Source: Dechloromonas sp. UBA6271
Lineage (GTDB): Bacteria > Pseudomonadota > Gammaproteobacteria > Burkholderiales > Rhodocyclaceae
Length of the DNA stretch: 64,000 bases
Assembly: GCA_002440665.1 (NCBI GenBank)
Contig: DJUX01000005.1
Coordinates: 78,846 to 142,845 of the forward strand
Reading direction: 5' to 3'
In this document: positions 1 through 8,598 of the stretch, one piece after another
How positions within the stretch are numbered: the first letter of the stretch is position 1
Layout of the letters: every line of letters starts with the position of its first letter
Notes under the pieces: generated by a model
The model's input: the letters and a program-made list of their open reading frames with translations, nothing else
What the model was told of the DNA's origin: nothing
Database searches by the model: none
Translations under genes and position numbers: made by a program

Positions 1-910
1 GGCGCAGGTTGTCCTCGATCGCCAGCGGCCCGAAGACCTGGCGGCCTTCCGGACTCTGGCAGATGCCGCGGCGCATGCGCAGGTCGGAGCGCAGCTTCGA
101 GATGTCTTCGCCATCGAAGACGATCTGGCCGGCGCTCATCGGCTGCACGCCCGAAAGGGTGCGCAGGAAGGTCGTCTTGCCGGCGCCGTTGGCGCCAACC
201 AGTGCAACCGTCTCGCCGCGCCGGACTTCGAGATCGATGCCCTTCAGTGCCTTGATCCGGCCATAGCAGCTTTCCATACCGGACACCTTAAGCAGCACGT
301 CACCGCCACCGGCCAATACACCGTGCTGCAACTCGCCGGCGCTGCGCGCGCCAAGGCCGACCGATTCCGGCGCCAGGCTGACGATGCGGTGGAACAGTTC
401 GCGGAACTCGGCCTTGGCCTGGCCGCCGAACAGCGGGTCCTCATTGTCGAGGAAGGCGCGGTCGATCTCGGCCCAGTCGTCAGCCGTCAGCACCTCGCGC
501 GCAAGCGGCATGGCGTCCTTTTCCTCGCTGCGCAGGTGACTCTTGATGCCCTGGGTGTAGCTGCGCAGCGCGGAAGTGAAGGCCGCGTTGTTTTCGCCGC
601 CGGCTGCGGTCGACGCCAGTTTTGCCCGCAAATCGCGCAGGTTTTCCGGGCCGTTGCGGTGTTCGGCCTGCAGGCGGTCAAGCATCGCCCCAGCCTCTGG
701 CGAGCGTTCGCGCATCAGGCGGAAGAGGAAGTCATCCTCCTTCGCATGGTGGGCGCGATCCATATAATGCTCGATGTAGTCGAAGACCGAACTGAAGAAA
801 GGCGCCTCGACCTTGCCGCCGCCGTCGATTTCGTCGGCGACCAGTTCGATCGTCGTGGCGATGCGCCACAGGTTCTGGTGTTCTTCGGTGATGATGCGCA
901 GTGCTTCCAT
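1..910 (-). CDS. Hemerythrin-like (HHE cation-binding) domain fused in-frame to a LivF-type ABC transporter ATP-binding protein; 3' end runs off the window
   Basis: My own minus-strand translation from ATG 910-908 (GAGGA about 8 nt upstream). It reads MEALRIITEEHQNLWRI..RAHHAKEDDFLFRLM..LQAEHRNGPENL..IKSHLRSEEKDAMPL (HHE hemerythrin pattern), then ..ELQHGVLAGGGD-VLLKVSGMESCYGRIKALKGIDLEVRRGETVALVGANGAGKTT (Walker A). No stop codon separates the two parts. The ORF is absent from the track because it is open at the window edge. Confidence 0.8.
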   Translation of the reverse strand, partial: MEALRIITEEHQNLWRIATTIELVADEIDGGGKVEAPFFSSVFDYIEHYMDRAHHAKEDDFLFRLMRERSPEAGAMLDRLQAEHRNGPENLRDLRAKLASTAAGGENNAAFTSALRSYTQGIKSHLRSEEKDAMPLAREVLTADDWAEIDRAFLDNEDPLFGGQAKAEFRELFHRIVSLAPESVGLGARSAGELQHGVLAGGGDVLLKVSGMESCYGRIKALKGIDLEVRRGETVALVGANGAGKTTFLRTLSGVQPMSAGQIVFDGEDISKLRSDLRMRRGICQSPEGRQVFGPLAIEDNLR

Positions 911-920
911 GTTTTATTCC

Positions 921-1682
921 TCAGGCATGCGCGCCAAGATAGGCGGCGATCACATCGGGATTTGTTCTGATTTCCTCGCCCGTACCCTCAGCCAGCTTCT
1001 TGCCGTAGTTGAGGACGAGGATGCGGTCGGACAGGTTCATGACCATCTTCATGTCGTGCTCGACAAGCACGACGGTGACGCCGGAATCGGCGATCTTGCG
1101 TACCAGATGGTCGACCTCGATGGTCTCCTTGGGGTTGAGGCCGGCAGCCGGTTCGTCGAGGAAGATCAGGCGCGGTTTCATCGCCAGCGCGCGGGCGATT
1201 TCCAGGCGCTTGAGGGCGCCGTAGGACATCGCGTCGGCACGCGCCTCGACATACTGGCCGAGGCCGACGAAATTCATCAGTTCAGATGCCTCCTCGCGCA
1301 GTTCGGCATCGCGCTTCTTCAAGCCCGGCAATCGCAGCGCCGCCTTGACCAGATTGCGGTCGAGCCGCAGGTGAGCGCCGACCATGACGTTCTCGACAGC
1401 ACTCATGTTCATGCAGATCTGCAGATTCTGGAAAGTGCGCGCCACACCACGGGTAGCCAGCTCGTTCGGCGACTTGCCGTGGATGCCTTCGCCGTCGAGG
1501 GTGATTTCGCCCGTCGTCGGCTTGTACACGCCGGTAATCAGGTTGAACAGCGTCGTCTTGCCGGCGCCGTTGGGGCCGATCACGGCATAGACGATGCCGG
1601 CATCGATGTTGAAGGTGACATTCTGGACGGCCTTGACGCCGCCGAAATGGATTGAGAGATCCTTGACCTGGAGCATGCTCAT
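921..1682 (-). CDS. livG: LivG-type branched-chain/hydrophobic amino acid family ABC transporter ATP-binding protein
   Basis: MSMLQVKDLSIHFGGVKAV..GPNGAGKTTLFNLITG (Walker A), ..YGALKRLEIARALA (signature), LIFLDEPAAGL (Walker B). Start chosen at the internal ATG 1682 of ORF 921..2150. Confidence 0.9.
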   Translation of the reverse strand: MSMLQVKDLSIHFGGVKAVQNVTFNIDAGIVYAVIGPNGAGKTTLFNLITGVYKPTTGEITLDGEGIHGKSPNELATRGVARTFQNLQICMNMSAVENVMVGAHLRLDRNLVKAALRLPGLKKRDAELREEASELMNFVGLGQYVEARADAMSYGALKRLEIARALAMKPRLIFLDEPAAGLNPKETIEVDHLVRKIADSGVTVVLVEHDMKMVMNLSDRILVLNYGKKLAEGTGEEIRTNPDVIAAYLGAHA

Positions 1683-1684
1683 GA

Positions 1685-2617
1685 TCACTCCCCCTTTCCG
1701 AATTTGGCGGCCAGCGTCGGGACCAGACCCTTGGGCAGGAAGATCATCGACAGCATCAGGATGGCGCCGAACACGACCGTCTCCCAGCCTTCGAAAGTCG
1801 CCAGCGCCTGCGGCAGAGCAGTCAGCAGCACGGCGCCGACCAGCGAGCCGTAGACCGAGGCCATGCCGCCGATCACCACCATGGTCATCAGTTCGATCGA
1901 ATGGAAGAAGTCGGCAAAGTTGGGACTGACGAAACCGACGTAATGCGCCGTGACGCTGCCCATCAGGCTGGCGAAGACGGCAGAGAGCACGAAGATCGCC
2001 ACCTTGTAGCGGACAACATCGACGCCGACCACCTGCGAGGCAACTTCCGATCCGTGCAGCGCACGCAAGGCGCGGCCGAAGGGCGAGTCGATCAGGTTGA
2101 GCGAAGCCCAGACCGAGACCGACAACAGGATGGCGACGACCCAGTACCACTGCTTGTCATTAGTCAGTTCGAAGCCGAACATGCCCATCGCCGGCACCGG
2201 CATGCCGTCCGGCCCGCCGGTCCATTGCGCTTCGTTGCGTAACGCAATGCTGATGATGATGCCGAGGCCGAGGGTCGCCATCGCCAGGTAATTGCCCTTG
2301 AGCTTGAAGATCGGCCGTGCGACCACTGCCGCCAGCAGGCCGGTCGCCGCTGCTCCGGCGGCCATCGCCAGTAGCGGATGCCAGCCGAAATGCGTTGGCA
2401 ACACCGCGGAGGCATAGGCGCCGATGCCGAGAAAGCCGGCGTGACCGAGACTGATCTGGCCGGCGAAGCCGACCAGCAGGTTGAGGCCGAGGACGATGAC
2501 CGCGTTGATCGCCATGCGGATGGCCAGGTCCACGTAGAAACTGTTGGGCAGCACGAAGGGCAGCACCACCAGGATGGCGATGACGATGTAAAGGCCGTTA
2601 TAGACGCTTTTTTTCAT
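1685..2617 (-). CDS. livM: LivM-type ABC transporter permease
   Basis: Hydrophobic multi-pass protein MKKSVYNGLYIVIAILVV..GQISLGHAGFLGIGAY.., typical LivM. Start at ATG 2617 within ORF 1685..3070. Confidence 0.88.
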   Translation of the reverse strand: MKKSVYNGLYIVIAILVVLPFVLPNSFYVDLAIRMAINAVIVLGLNLLVGFAGQISLGHAGFLGIGAYASAVLPTHFGWHPLLAMAAGAAATGLLAAVVARPIFKLKGNYLAMATLGLGIIISIALRNEAQWTGGPDGMPVPAMGMFGFELTNDKQWYWVVAILLSVSVWASLNLIDSPFGRALRALHGSEVASQVVGVDVVRYKVAIFVLSAVFASLMGSVTAHYVGFVSPNFADFFHSIELMTMVVIGGMASVYGSLVGAVLLTALPQALATFEGWETVVFGAILMLSMIFLPKGLVPTLAAKFGKGE

Positions 2618-2619
2618 GC

Positions 2620-3495
2620 TTACACCCGATCCGTTGATTTGCCGCCGAACAGGCCGCGCGGCATGAAGAAGAGAATGAACAGGATCAGCACGAAAGGCAT
2701 CGCGTCCTTGTAGGCCGACGAAATGTAGCCGGCGCCCATCGCTTCGAGGATGCCGACCAGCAGACCACCGACGACGGCGCCGAGGCCGTTGCCCAGGCCG
2801 CCGAGCACGGCGGCGACGAAGCCCTTGAGGCCGAGCATGATGCCGACATCGTAGGAGGTCAGCGTGATCGGCGTGATCAGGATGCCGCCCAGCGCACCGA
2901 GTGCCGCCGACATGGCGAAGCTCATGAACAGCACCCAGCCGGTGTTGATACCGACCAGTTCGGCGGCGAGCCGGTTGTAGGAGGTGGCGAGCATGGCCTT
3001 GCCCTGCAGCGTGCGGCTGAAGAAGTACCAGAGCGCAACGACGACCAGCGCGGTGACACCGAGCACCCACAGGCTCTGCGGCATCAGCGTGGCGCCCAGG
3101 ATATCAATCGGCGTTTCGCCGGAGAAAGCCGGCAGGCTGTGCGTGCCCTTGCCGAAGATAACGCTGGTGAGGCCGCGGATGACCAGTGAGGCACCGATGG
3201 TGATGATGATCAGCGTCACCGTCTCGGCACCCCTGACCGGCTCGATCGCCAGCTTCTCGATCAGCACGCCGACGATGGCGGGGATCAGGATGGCCAGCAC
3301 AAGCGCGACCGGCAGCGGCAGGCCGGCCTGCACGAAGAACACGGCAAGCATGCCGCCGAGCATGATGAATTCGCCCTGGGCGAAGTTGATGACGTTGCTG
3401 GCGTTGTAGATCAGCGTGAAGCCGAGAGCGGCCAGCGCGTAAGTCGCGCCGACCGTGATCCCGGAAAAGAGGAATTGCAGGAACTGGGCTAGCAT
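2620..3495 (-). CDS. livH: LivH-type ABC transporter permease
   Basis: MLAQFLQFLFSGITVGATYALAALGFTLIYNASNVINFAQGEF.., canonical LivH N-terminus. Start at ATG 3495. Confidence 0.9.
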   Translation of the reverse strand: MLAQFLQFLFSGITVGATYALAALGFTLIYNASNVINFAQGEFIMLGGMLAVFFVQAGLPLPVALVLAILIPAIVGVLIEKLAIEPVRGAETVTLIIITIGASLVIRGLTSVIFGKGTHSLPAFSGETPIDILGATLMPQSLWVLGVTALVVVALWYFFSRTLQGKAMLATSYNRLAAELVGINTGWVLFMSFAMSAALGALGGILITPITLTSYDVGIMLGLKGFVAAVLGGLGNGLGAVVGGLLVGILEAMGAGYISSAYKDAMPFVLILFILFFMPRGLFGGKSTDRV

Positions 3496-3574
3496 CACAC
3501 ACTCCTTCTCTGTTGGCACAAGTTGTTCATCTCGTTTCCTTTGTCGTTATAAAGGCATTGCTGTGGTAAACCGT

Positions 3575-4624
3575 TCAAACCGGTAACAAATGGTCGGCAT
3601 CGGCGACCACGGGTTGTTGCTGGGCGAAGAAACCTTCGGTGTGGATCAGTTCGTCCACCGCGCCCTGTTTCTTGGCGGCGGCGACACAAGTATCAACGAA
3701 CTCCGGACTGCCGGCGGCAAAAATGGTGTGCTTCGACAGATCCTTGAACAACTGCGGCAGCACAACGTCGATGCGGCCGGCCAGGTAGCCTTCGGCCTGC
3801 TCGCGGGTCAGCGTGACCTTGTAATCGAAATTGCGGTGCTTGGTCCGCCACCAGGCCATCATGCCCTGGCTGTAGACATCTTCACGGGTGCGGGCCGAGA
3901 ACAGCATCGTCACCGGCTTCTTGAAACCACGGCGCAGCGCCGCTTCGGCCAGCGCCAGCACCGGTGCCAGGCCGGTACCGGCCGCCAGGCAGAGGACCGG
4001 CGTATCAACCGAGGGGTCGCCGATGAAGGTGCCGTAGGCACCGGAAATCTTGACGTTCTCACCGACGGCCAGCTGGTCATGAATCCAGTTGCTGGTGACA
4101 CCGCCGTCGGCGCGGGCAACCTGCAGCACCAGTTCACCATCGGGGCGCGGCGCGTTGGAAATCGAGTAGGCGCGGGCCGGAATGTCGGCACGCGGATTGC
4201 CGATGGTTACATACTGGCCAGGCCAGTAGCGGACCGGCTGGCCGACCGGGCGCAGACGCAACTCGACGACGCGGGCGGCAATCGGGCGTTTGTCGGTGAC
4301 GACGAAGAGCGCATCCTCGCGCGGGGGGAAGAGTTTCGGCTTGGCATCGAGGGTGCCCCATTCGATGACCAATTCCTCGGAAATCGGCTTGGCCATGCAC
4401 ATCAGGCCGTAGCCCTGCTTGCGTTCATCCTGCGACAGCGCCATGTCGAGCACCATGCCCTGGTCGAACTGACCGGCGGTGACCTTGACCTTGCACTCGC
4501 CGCAGGCGCCGGCGCGGCAATTGTTGGGCAGGGCGTAACCCGCCTTTTCCAGCGCCATCAGCACGGTGTCGCCGTAGGCGCAATCCACCGCCTTGCCCGA
4601 AGGCTGCATAACGATACGAGTCAT
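3575..4624 (-). CDS. Oxidoreductase with an N-terminal plant-type [2Fe-2S] ferredoxin domain plus an FNR-like FAD/NAD(P)H domain (MmoC/TmoF-type arrangement)
   Basis: NNCRAGACGECKV..LMC cysteine pattern at the N-terminus. RAYSISN (RxYS flavin motif) and LCLAAGTGLAPV (NAD-binding GTG) follow. Start MTRIVMQPSG at ATG 4624. Confidence 0.85.
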   Translation of the reverse strand: MTRIVMQPSGKAVDCAYGDTVLMALEKAGYALPNNCRAGACGECKVKVTAGQFDQGMVLDMALSQDERKQGYGLMCMAKPISEELVIEWGTLDAKPKLFPPREDALFVVTDKRPIAARVVELRLRPVGQPVRYWPGQYVTIGNPRADIPARAYSISNAPRPDGELVLQVARADGGVTSNWIHDQLAVGENVKISGAYGTFIGDPSVDTPVLCLAAGTGLAPVLALAEAALRRGFKKPVTMLFSARTREDVYSQGMMAWWRTKHRNFDYKVTLTREQAEGYLAGRIDVVLPQLFKDLSKHTIFAAGSPEFVDTCVAAAKKQGAVDELIHTEGFFAQQQPVVADADHLLPV

Positions 4625-4700
4625 TTTTGTCCCCTGACTGTATTGATTTCTCTGTTGCGGCAGGGCCGGCAACCCTTGGCGGGTGCCGGCCGATTTTTAT

Positions 4701-4723
4701 GCCATTTTTGCGGTTGACCGCGC
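4701..4723 (-). repeat. REP-like element copy (degenerate): GCGCGGTCAACCGCAAAAATGGC on the minus strand
   Basis: Lies immediately after the stop of the 4724..5752 gene. It aligns with the copies at 28186, 33463, 50541 and 60171. Confidence 0.45.
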
Positions 4724-5752
4724 TCAGAAGACCGGAATGATGTCTTCCATGTCGATCTCGGAGACTTCCTGGCCCGAGATGCCGACCTCGGGAATCGCCG
4801 GGAACGGAATGTTGTAACGGTCAAGCACGCCCTTCAGGTTGATCATCGCGTTTTTCCAGTTTTCCAGCTTGGCTTCGTAGCTCGGGATGCCGAAACCGGC
4901 GCCACGGGCCACTTCCTCGCCTTCGCGCTGGTTGGCGATGAAGTCTTCCGGCAGGTCCCAGAATTCCATCGGCGGCTCGAACAGAACGGCGGACAGGAAC
5001 AGGTAGCCGGCGCGAATCTGCTTGGTGACGATGGCTTTGGTTTCATCCTTGAGGCCAGGGTAGTCGCGTTCCATCACCGCCATGCAGATCGCCATGTGAC
5101 GGCCTTCGTCGCGGCCGATATTCTTGAAGCCTTCCTTGAACACCGCTTCACGGGAGTTGTCGAACATCTGCTTGAAAATGGTGGCAGCGGCGATCTCGCC
5201 CATCAGGAAGGAACTGAACAGCACGGCGAGGTCGTACTTGGGCACCGCCTGCTTGTAGCCGCTCCAGTAGCGCGAGCCGTTGAAGTACAGCCACTTGACG
5301 TTCTTCTGCAGGCGGCGGCCGAGGTCGGTCTTCGGTTCGTAAGTGATCGGGTCCGGGTGGCCGAGCATCTTGGTGATGGCCAGGCCGCACATGATTTCGT
5401 GGTTCTGCTCGTCGCGGGTGACGGAGAAGAAGCACTTGCGGACGGGGTCTTCCTCGTGCACTTCGTAGGTCTTGATCAGCGCTTCAGCAAACACCGGAGG
5501 AGCCGATGCATCGAACACCGACAACAGACTCCACCAATAGGCAATCGATTCACGTTCTTCCCACGTGTAGCTGTCTACATCCAGCGTGTCCCAAGGCAGC
5601 TTTTCCGGGTCCCAGTTCTCGCGCAGCGAGGCTTCCCAGACTTCCTGCAGCTTCTTGGTCTTGGAGTTCCAGGACAGCGGATAGATGTTGGGCTGCTGGA
5701 TTTCCGGCGGGAATTCCATCTTGTCTGCAAAACGTTCCTTGTTACTTGCCAT
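4724..5752 (-). CDS. Soluble diiron-carboxylate (ferritin-like, RNR-R2-like) oxygenase/oxidase of unknown substrate
   Basis: Two ExxH motifs (RDEQNHE, GRDEGRHM) plus candidate ligands D81 (VFDAS) and E186 (MGEIAA), with R2-like spacing. The R2-like entry motif NWDPEKLPW is present. The position equivalent to the radical Tyr (His118+4) is Cys. Confidence 0.7.
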   Translation of the reverse strand: MASNKERFADKMEFPPEIQQPNIYPLSWNSKTKKLQEVWEASLRENWDPEKLPWDTLDVDSYTWEERESIAYWWSLLSVFDASAPPVFAEALIKTYEVHEEDPVRKCFFSVTRDEQNHEIMCGLAITKMLGHPDPITYEPKTDLGRRLQKNVKWLYFNGSRYWSGYKQAVPKYDLAVLFSSFLMGEIAAATIFKQMFDNSREAVFKEGFKNIGRDEGRHMAICMAVMERDYPGLKDETKAIVTKQIRAGYLFLSAVLFEPPMEFWDLPEDFIANQREGEEVARGAGFGIPSYEAKLENWKNAMINLKGVLDRYNIPFPAIPEVGISGQEVSEIDMEDIIPVF

Positions 5753-6122
5753 GTCTCACTCCTCGATAGGGATTTTTGATCAGTTCGCCACGCCACCAAA
5801 CCTGTCCGGTGGCGCAGGGCGAATAATGATACCTACCAATGCGTTGTGTCAATATATTTTGTATCGATTTGGTGAATATTTGTCTCGGAACAAATTCCTT
5901 AGTTTAGAACCACCACTTCGAACGTCATATTACAAATGTTTAACATCATGTTTTACAATTACTTTTACAATTTTAAGAAACCAATTTCCTATTTCGGAAT
6001 CATTGGCGAGTAAAATTATTTCGATACTTTTGTTTGACTTTATATAAAATCGTTAGTATCGTTCGATCAGTTTGTTGCTGCCCTCACCACCACCCAAGAA
6101 CAACATCACGAAGGAGATATCG
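5753..6122. promoter_or_regulatory. Divergent control region between the oxygenase/transporter operon and paaN; markedly AT-rich core about 5830-6070
   Basis: A 370-bp gap whose base composition is far below the flanks. It holds tandem TTTTACAATT(AC/TT) at 5951-5974, GTATCGA-type motifs at 5861, 6020 (reverse) and 6055, and CATATTACAA at 5926-5935, which is shared with 21179-21188. Confidence 0.6.
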
Positions 6123-7790
6123 ATGACCCATCCCCTGCTGGAAAAACACCGCGCCACACTCGAAGGCGCCCTCAACGCCATTCATACCCGTGGTTACTGG
6201 TCCGCCTATAACGAGATGCCAAGCCCCAAGGCCTATGGCGAAACTGCAGCCGAAGACGGCAAGAAGTCGTTCGAGGGCCATCTCAACAATAAGTTCGAGC
6301 TGGGGCAACCGGGCCAGAGCGGCTGGACCGGTGGCGAACAATCGCCCTACGGCATCGACCTGAATGTCGAATACCCCGTCTGTGACCATGAGGCATTGAT
6401 CGCCGCCGGCCAGCAGGCCATGACCGGCTGGCAGCAGGCCGGCGCCGATGGCCGCACCGGCATCTGCCTGGAAATCCTCGATCGCCTCAACAAGCAGAGC
6501 TTCGAACTCGCCCACTCGGTCATGATGACCACCGGCCAGGGCTGGATGATGGCCTTCCAGGCTGGCGCCCCGCACGCCCAGGACCGCGGCCTCGAAGCCG
6601 TCGCCTACGCCTACCGCGAAATGAAGTTCGTCCCCGGCGAAACGACCTGGGAAAAGCCGCAGGGCAAGAACCCGCCGCTGGTCATGAAGAAGCACTTCGA
6701 GATCGTCGGCCATGGCGTCGGCGTCGTCGTCGGCTGCGGTACCTTCCCGACCTGGAACACCTACCCCGGCCTGTTCGCCGCGCTGGCCACCGGCAATGCC
6801 GTTATCGTCAAACCGCACAGCAACGCCATCCTGCCGGCCGCCATCACCGTGCGCACCGTCCGCGCCGTGCTCGCCGAGAACGGCATCGATCCCAACCTGG
6901 TCTCCCTGTGCGTCGCCGACAAGCGCGAAACAACCCAGAAGCTGGTCACCCATCCGGCCGTCAAGTCGATCGACTTCACCGGTGGCAACGTCTTCGGCCA
7001 GTGGCTGATCGACAATTGTCGCCAGGCGCGCGTCTATGCCGAGTTGGCCGGCGTCAACAACATCGTCATCGACTCGACCGACAGCTACAAGCGCATGCTC
7101 GGCAATCTCGCCTTCACGCTGTCGCTCTACTCCGGCCAGATGTGCACCACCTCGCAGGCCCTTTTCGTGCCGGCCGGCGGCATCGATACCGAAGACGGCC
7201 ACAAGTCCTACGACGAAGTCTGTGCTGACCTCGCCAAGGCAGTGACCGGCTTCCTGAGCAAACCGGAAGTCGCCCATGCCGTGCTCGGCGCCATGCAGTC
7301 CTCCGACACGCTGAAGCGCGTCGGCGAAGCCGACAGCGGCGCACTGGGCAAGGTGATCCTCGCCTCGACCAAGCTCGACAACCCGGATTTCCCGAAAGCC
7401 GAAGTGCGCACCCCGGTCCTGCTCGCCTGCGACGCGGCCGACGAGAAGGCCTATATGGAAGAGCGTTTCGGCCCGATCAGCTTCATCGTCAAGGTCGCCG
7501 ACACCGCTGCTGCCATCGCGCTATCCGAACGGATTATTGCCACCCACGGCGCGTTGACCGCAGGCATCTACTCGACCAAGGCCGAAGTGCTCGACGCGAT
7601 GACCGCCGCCACGATGCGTTCCAAGGTCGCGCTGTCGATCAACCTGACCGGCGGCGTCTTCGTGAACCAGTCGGCGGCCTACTCCGACTACCACGGCACC
7701 GGTGGCAACCCGGCGGCCAACGCCTCCTACTCCGATGCCGCCTTCGTCGCCAATCGCTTCTGTGTCGTACAGCGCCGCTACCACGTCTGA
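6123..7790 (+). CDS. paaN: Stand-alone PaaN-type aldehyde dehydrogenase (ring-opening 3-oxo-5,6-dehydrosuberyl-CoA semialdehyde dehydrogenase)
   Basis: MTHPLLEKHRATLEGALNAIHTRGYWSAYNEMPSPKAYGE.., typical PaaN N-terminus. ALDH catalytic region ..YSGQMCTTSQ... GAAGGAGA RBS lies before ATG 6123. It leads the paa cluster. Confidence 0.88.
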   Translation: MTHPLLEKHRATLEGALNAIHTRGYWSAYNEMPSPKAYGETAAEDGKKSFEGHLNNKFELGQPGQSGWTGGEQSPYGIDLNVEYPVCDHEALIAAGQQAMTGWQQAGADGRTGICLEILDRLNKQSFELAHSVMMTTGQGWMMAFQAGAPHAQDRGLEAVAYAYREMKFVPGETTWEKPQGKNPPLVMKKHFEIVGHGVGVVVGCGTFPTWNTYPGLFAALATGNAVIVKPHSNAILPAAITVRTVRAVLAENGIDPNLVSLCVADKRETTQKLVTHPAVKSIDFTGGNVFGQWLIDNCRQARVYAELAGVNNIVIDSTDSYKRMLGNLAFTLSLYSGQMCTTSQALFVPAGGIDTEDGHKSYDEVCADLAKAVTGFLSKPEVAHAVLGAMQSSDTLKRVGEADSGALGKVILASTKLDNPDFPKAEVRTPVLLACDAADEKAYMEERFGPISFIVKVADTAAAIALSERIIATHGALTAGIYSTKAEVLDAMTAATMRSKVALSINLTGGVFVNQSAAYSDYHGTGGNPAANASYSDAAFVANRFCVVQRRYHV

Positions 7791-7799
7791 GATCGCGCC

Positions 7800-8594
7800 A
7801 TGAACTTTGAAACCATCAGCTTCAGCGTCGACGCCGGCATCGCCCGCCTGACCCTGAACCGCCCGGACAAGCTGAACAGCTTCACCGGCGAAATGCACGC
7901 CGAACTGCGCGTGGCGCTCGACAGTATCCAGAACGACACCTCGGTGCGCGTGCTGGTGTTGACCGGTGCCGGCCGCGCCTTCTCGGCCGGCCAGGATCTG
8001 GCCGACCCGGCGATGGCCGCCGTCGACGGCAAGATGCCGGACATCGGCAATGTCGTCGAAGCCTGCTACAAGCCACTGATCCTGCGCCTGCAGAACCTGC
8101 GCGTGCCGACCATCGCCGCCGTCAACGGCATCGCCGCCGGCGCCGGCGCCTCGGTGGCGCTGGCCTGCGACCTGGTCATCGCCAGCAAGTCCGCCTCCTT
8201 CCTGCAGGCCTTCAGCAAGATCGGCCTGATTCCGGATACCGGCGGCACCTGGTTCCTGCCGCAGCGCGTCGGCATGGCCCGCGCCATGGGCCTGGCCCTG
8301 CTCGCCGACAAGCTGCCGGCCGAGAAGGCCGCCGACTGGGGGCTGATCTGGGAATGCACCGAGGATGCCGATTTTTCCGCTCGCATCGATGCGCTGGCCC
8401 AGCAGTTGTCCACTGCACCGACAAAGGCGCTGGTTCGCACCCGCCAGGCCATGCACGCCGCCCCCGGCCACACGCTGGAGCAGCAGCTGTCGATGGAAGG
8501 CGGCTTCATGCGCGAGCTGGGCTGGAGCCCGGATTACGCCGAGGGCGTTGCCGCCTTCATGGCCAAGCGCGCCCCAAATTTCACCGGAGCATAA
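7800..8594 (+). CDS. paaG: 1,2-epoxyphenylacetyl-CoA isomerase (crotonase family)
   Basis: LTLNRPDKLNSFTGEMHAEL..VLVLTGAGRAFSAGQDL pattern, in paa context. Confidence 0.88.
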   Translation: MNFETISFSVDAGIARLTLNRPDKLNSFTGEMHAELRVALDSIQNDTSVRVLVLTGAGRAFSAGQDLADPAMAAVDGKMPDIGNVVEACYKPLILRLQNLRVPTIAAVNGIAAGAGASVALACDLVIASKSASFLQAFSKIGLIPDTGGTWFLPQRVGMARAMGLALLADKLPAEKAADWGLIWECTEDADFSARIDALAQQLSTAPTKALVRTRQAMHAAPGHTLEQQLSMEGGFMRELGWSPDYAEGVAAFMAKRAPNFTGA

Positions 8595-8598
8595 GTAC

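Noticed and set aside
5685-6047. 120-aa plus-strand ORF inside the AT-rich paa control region
   Set aside because: It begins antisense within the oxygenase gene and runs through AT-rich promoter DNA. The translation (..ILYRFGEYLSRNKFLSLEPPLRTSYYKCLTSCFTITFTILRNQF..) reflects AT-rich sequence and has no RBS.
7005-7025. CGACAATTGTCGC palindrome resembling the right half of the RegA-type box
   Set aside because: It lies inside the paaN coding sequence (..LIDNCRQ..) and lacks the GCGGC left half. Probably coincidental.
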